From Azolla caroliniana (Eukaryota; Plantae; Polypodiophyta): a DNA stretch of 64,000 bases. The translations under genes and the position numbers were made by a program. Within the stretch, counting starts at the first letter, position 1. Every line of letters begins with the position of its first letter. The stretch is taken from positions 4,898,001 through 4,962,000 of the forward strand of contig JBHGNT010000018.1 in NCBI GenBank assembly GCA_043228905.1. The letters run 5' to 3'. The notes under the pieces were generated by a model. It was not told the origin of the DNA, ran no database searches, and was given only the letters and a program-made list of their open reading frames with translations. Of the stretch, positions 58,801 to 64,000 are shown piece after piece.

Positions 58801-61239
58801 ACTCGAGGATCCGGCCGAAGACTATGAAGAAACAGAACCGGCCGAAGAAGATGAAAATGATACCGGAACCGGCCCCAATCCCGAAATGGATTCGGATGAA
58901 GAAGAATCGGAAGAACCGGTTACCGAAGCTCCGGAACGGAGATATCCTCTAAGAGAGAGAAGGGCCCCCCGGAGATTTCCGGAACCAGAGCACGTGCTGC
59001 TAACCGACGAAGGGGAGCCGGAGAGCTTTGAAGAAGCAAAGCATGACACCCAGAGCCGCAGGTGGTTGAGTGCCATGCAGGACGAGATGGATTCCCTGCA
59101 TGAGAACCACACATATGAACTTGTGGAGTTGCCGAAAGGAAAGCGGGCACTTCGAAACAAGTGGGTGTTCAAGCTGAAACCGGGAGATGCCGGAAACCCC
59201 CCGAGATACAAAGCCAGGATCGTGGTGAAGGGGTTTCAGCAGAAGAAGGGCGTCGACTTCGACGAGATATTCGCCCCGGTAGTGAAGATGACCTCCATCC
59301 GAACGGTGCTGAGCATAGCGGCAAGCATGGACCTCGAGGTAGAACAGATGGACGTGAAGACGGCATTCCTTCACGGTGACCTCGAAGAAGAGATCTACAT
59401 GCAGCAACCGGAAGGATTCGAGAAGAAAGGGAAGGAGCACCTGGTATGCCGGTTGAAGAAGAGCCTTTACGGACTGAAGCAAGCTCCCCGGCAATGGTAC
59501 CGGAAGTTCGACTCCTTCATGACCGACGAAGGGTACCACAAAACGCAGTCTGATCACTGCGTGTTTGTGAAGAAGTTCGAAGGAGGAGATCTCTAATACT
59601 CCTCCTGTACGTGGACGACATGTTGATCGTCGGACGGGACCAGGTCAAGATACGGACGCTGAAGAAAGCGCTTCACCGAACCTTCTCAATGAAGGACCTG
59701 GGTCCGGCGAGGCAAATACTAGGGATGCACATCATCCGGGACCGGAAGAAGAAGCAGTTGTGGCTGTCACAGGAGAAGTACGTGACAAAGGTGCTTCACC
59801 GGTTCAACATGTCGGAAGCAAGACCGGTCGGGTCCACCCTCCCGGGAAACTGCAAGTTGTCCAGCAAGCAAAGCCCCAAGACAAAGGCTGAGAAGGAGGA
59901 CATGATGAAAGTACCATATGCCTCTACCGTCGGAAGCTTGATGTACGCAATGGTGTGTACAAGACCGGACATAGGATATGCAGTTGGAGTGGTGAGCCGG
60001 TACATGAGCAATCCCGGCAAAGAGCACTGGAACGCAGTCAAGTGGATACTCCGATACCTGAAGGGCACGGCAAACGTGTGCCTCCGATTCGGCTCCGGTA
60101 AGCCCGAACTCGACGGCTTTACCGATTCGGATATGTCGGCTGATGCAGATACCAGCCGGTCCACATCAGGGTATGTGATGACGTATGCAGGGGGAGCTGT
60201 TTCGTGGCAGTCGAGGCTGCAGAAGACGGTTGCGTTGTCAACTACGGAGGCGGAGTACATGGCGGCTGTTGAAGCCGGCAAGGAAATAATATGGATGAAG
60301 GACTTCATTAGAGAGCTCAGTATCCGGCAGGAGGAGTACCGACTCTACTGCGACAGTCAGAGTGCCATCCACCTTGCGAAGAATGCGGCCTATCACTCCC
60401 GGACGAAGCACATCCAGCGTAGATACCATTGGATCCGGGAAAGAATAGAAGACAAGGAGTTCGTGCTGACGAAGATCCACACGGACGAGTACGGGTCGGA
60501 TATGCTGACCAAGGTGCTCACACCCGACAAGCTGGAAGCATGCCGGAAGAGGATCGGGTTGGAGAGACATCCCATGCCGAAGTGAAGGGGGAGTTTGTTG
60601 GGATTTCGGTCCCTCCGGATGGGATGTCCGGAGATGAATGACGGCAAGCCCGGAGGTTGTTACGGAACCGTATGATGAAGAGTACCCGGCATGAAGCCGG
60701 ATGAAGAGTACCCGGTTACGGAGCCGGATGCTGAAGACCCCGGTTACGGAGCCGGATGACGTATGTACCCGGAGAGAGATCCGGATGCGGGGACATATCT
60801 GTGAATATGTTTGCCAAGGGCCCTTGAGGCTATATTTGTAAATAGCCCGAAAGTCATATGTGTATAAATATGACTTAGGGCAAACAGTTTTGGTTGTTGT
60901 TGCTCATTTTTTGTTTTCCACTAAGAGGGAGCGAAGTGAGAGCAGCCGAGAGAGAGTGAGAGAACGAAGAGGAAGGAAGAGGTCGACGCCTCTGTGTAAT
61001 ACCGCCGCCTGTGGCGAGGACAACGAGCTCAAGGTCGTCGCCTTGCAGCTCGCCATTGTACATTCCCGCGCATAGTGATAGTTGGAGTCTTGCACTCCCG
61101 TGGTTTTTCCCATTTAGGGTTTTCCACGTAAAACATCCAGTGTACCCTTCTCTCTATTGTTTTTCGTGCATTCTTGTACTTCCCGTTTTCTGTGAATCGA
61201 TCCTGTTCCTCGGTGGTGGCCGAGCACGGAATTACGACA
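55838..61239 (+). mobile_element. full-length young Ty1/copia, family Z (Tnt1/Tork-like), defective
   Basis: 644-bp LTRs 55838-56481 and 60596-61239 (3 substitutions seen); TSD CTCTC (55833-55837, 61240-61244); PBS TGGTATCAGAGC 56485-56496; PPT AAGGGGGAG 60585-60593. Confidence 0.97.
56513..60585 (+). pseudogene. copia Gag-Pol with an early stop and a frameshift
   Basis: ATG 56513, in-frame TAG 56561-56563, 1002-aa open stretch 56588-59596, 1-nt frame change near 59591 just before LLLYVDDM, RT/RNase H to 60585. Confidence 0.9.
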
Positions 61240-61244
61240 CTCTC

Positions 61245-61620
61245 ATCCTTGGGCATGAGGGCAAACAATTCACATACGAAGACCCACAAGTTGTTGTGGT
61301 CATGACATTTTATAGTCTAGAGCTCTTGTGGAATCTTGACCTTGAGAGATCTACTTGGCGACATGTTGATTATGTGCACTGTAGTGAGTAGAGCCTCAAT
61401 GCAAAAGCCCTCACAGAGACAAAAGCACTTTATCATAGCAACAATTCTTTCTTGAATTTTTCGGTTCATGTATTCAACAATGCTATTCTGCTCCAAGGTA
61501 TGATGTTTCGTGAATTCACGTTAGCTACCTATTTGTTTGCAAACCACTATGAAATCACCTTATTTATTGTCTCACCCACTATTGAATCACGAACATTAAT
61601 GAACACTACAATGAACAAAA
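61245..61620 (-). pseudogene. old copia relic related to family X, integrase part
   Basis: TCTACTTGGCGACATGTTGATTATGTGCACTGTAGTGAGTAGAGCCTC matches 2303-2350 of copy 1. Confidence 0.78.
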
Positions 61621-63721
61621 CCAAATTGTTGTCCTAGGAGTACATTTTTAAAGCGATGGTACTAGTTTAACGTAACCTTTAATGGGACTACTATGTCTCC
61701 TATAATAGGTAGGGGGACTAGACTTCTCTCTCATGGATGGTCATTCCATGATCACAAACTTCAAGGCCACGCTTAATGTCTTACATTCTAGACATAAATG
61801 AAGAGTGTAATTGCATCCGGATTAAATGTAATATCACAACCAAAATGTTATATATTTGACAAAAAACTTCGGCTAAACATATTGATGTTAGGATGCACTT
61901 CTTCAAAGATATACACAAACACAAGGTTTTATTATGGTTGAGAAAATCAACATAAAAGTAATTCAATAGACATGATGACCAAACCAAATCCAATAGCCAA
62001 ATCTAGGCATTACCTAAACTTGAGTGGCATATCAAGTTGATAAAACTTCAAGAGGGAGAGCAATAGAAAAACTATGATAGATTGGCATGTTTGGTCAAGA
62101 GATTGAGCTTTGGGCCCAATACTCAAAGAATAGCTAAATTCTTGTATGTGGTTATTTATAGATTTAAGGGAAATTAAAGGGGCAAAATAGTGACAATGTG
62201 AAATGTCACTTCCACTAGCTATAAATAGCCTTAACTCCCATCCATTTATAGAAAACCAACATTCCATGAATTACATACTCTCTTTTTCTCTCTTTAGTTT
62301 CTACTACAAAAAATCTCTTCAATGAGAGCGTGAGGGTAAGGGATATAAGAGAGGACTTTCGCTCTAAAGGTTTATATTGGGCATAAGTGATCTTAGGGAG
62401 TATATCATTACATTTGAGTTGTGAGTATGAATTGTAACTTTTCTTTGGCAAAAAAAATCTTATTATTCTTCTAGAAGTAGCCCCATTAGTGAACCATGTT
62501 CAATCCATGTATCCCTATTTTGTCAGCATCTTTTATCATCAATGATCATTATGCACATATGTGTTTCTTCACACTTGTAAATACAATATATAATAATTGT
62601 TTGTGCTTTTTGCATACATGTTGAGTTAGATACTTAATCACAGTTTAATCTTGGGTTAAGTTTGCTTCCACTAATATAGAGAAACAACTAGTGAGTGAAC
62701 ATGTATAGTATCATGTATGGATTAAATAATGACTATCATTTGCATTTGCCAGTGAATTGGTTTTTAAATTATCATGTTATGGATTAAATAGTGACTATCA
62801 TTTGCATTTGCTTGTGAATTGGTTTTTAAAGTTTTGTTTGGAAGGCATCAAAGATAGTGAAGCAATAAACTCTTACAACACAACATTTTAAGATGTATGT
62901 CATGTTCAATCTCAAAGGCCATTTCGGCCTTTGAAAATACCTTGTTATATATCTTTCTTTCGACTAATTTGTTTTTTCTAATTCATTTGAAAATAATATC
63001 TCAAAGTAGTGAATAACTTTTTGCTTCTAGGTGTCTCTAGAGAAACTTTACTGACCTTTTTAAGTTTCTCTTTAACAGTATTTTTGTCCAAAAATTGCAT
63101 GTCAATATTTTTGCATATACATGTTTTGGATAGCTATTTTATTTGAATGTTAGTATGCTATAACAATGTTGAAGATATGAGAAACTAGGGCATATAACAC
63201 TCGAAGACAATTTTTCCTGTCTAAAATGATATGGTCTATCAATGCTCATCTAGAGGACATGTCTATTTCATCCTTGATTAAAATATATTAGGAAGAAAAG
63301 CATTTTCTTTTTCCTTTTTTCTATCACAATACACATTCTATGAAAAACGGGTGAAATGCAATATGTGTTGGGCGTTGAACTACTTTAAACAAGTGACACT
63401 TTGCATTGTTAAAGACATGAATTTCTCATGGTGTGTCCTTTCTCTTTTCCACATAAATCACAAACCTATATAAGGTTTGGTGGTCATAGAGGGTTTTATC
63501 TTTGTTGGGAGCATTTCGATCGATTTCGATATCACCATGAATGCTCTTCGGTTTAAAATGGCCTCCCTAATTTACACATTTGTAACTATCTCTTTCTTAT
63601 GTGGAAGCTTAATGCTTCTATTGAATGTGGTTGTAGCACGTCCTGAGAAAGGAGCTCTTAACACGTACATGAGATGGTGGCCCACAAGTCATCAAGAGTC
63701 CAAAGGTACCTTTTTGAATTG

Positions 63722-63760
<39 letters not shown>

Positions 63761-63940
63761 TATGTGTATATGTATGATTAACTATCATGGAAGATTGAAT
63801 AAGGTCAATGTGTCAAAGTTGAGCCCAAGGTGAGGATTTCAATGTTGTGACTTTTGATGCTAACTATTCAACATAGAGTGAGAAAGAGATAGAATCAATT
63901 GACCCATACTTGAGAGATTGTATAGAGTGTAGCAAAGATG

Positions 63941-64000
63941 TGTGGAAGTAAGGATGTGAACCCATGACTTTGTGTTAATAGCATAATATGCTAAAACTAG
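63941..64000 (-). mobile_element. degenerate tRNA-derived SINE-like head related to the 18793 unit
   Basis: TGTGGAAGTAAGGATGTGAACCCATGAC resembles the reverse complement of 18835-18862 (TGTGGAATGTAGGGGTTGAACCCATGAC). Confidence 0.45.

Noticed and set aside
59585-59611. Programmed frameshift in family Z pol
   Set aside because: Lies inside RT just before YVDD with no slippery heptamer; a 1-nt deletion or sequencing error is simpler.

Overview
Eukaryotic land-plant DNA, probably a non-seed plant such as a fern (inferred from the TE lineages and abundant (GA)n tracts). One host gene is present: a sterol 3-beta-glucosyltransferase (UGT80A-like) with 14 coding exons, + strand, CDS 33479-41230, about 728 aa, with a G-box/telo-box promoter region. 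It sits between two retroelement fields. Left field (1-26 kb): an intact-ORF Ty1/copia inserted in a non-chromovirus Ty3/gypsy that carries a large decayed extra ORF, itself inside a decayed copia, an LTR fragment and a LINE; a Tcn1-like chromovirus with a Tf1-type self-priming site, a -1 frameshift cassette, a duplicated protease active site and a copy of its own 3' end in front of the 5' LTR; tRNA-derived SINE-like units; further copia, chromovirus and L1 relics; and a foldback element. Right field (42-62 kb): a decayed Bianca copia with a half-tRNA PBS, and two young copia elements (TSDs AGATG and CTCTC) inserted back to back 40 bp apart in an old relative of one of them. The most unusual recurring signal is that three different LTR families begin with an antisense tRNA T-arm/B-box module. 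All calls come from reading the sequence by eye; no searches were run.
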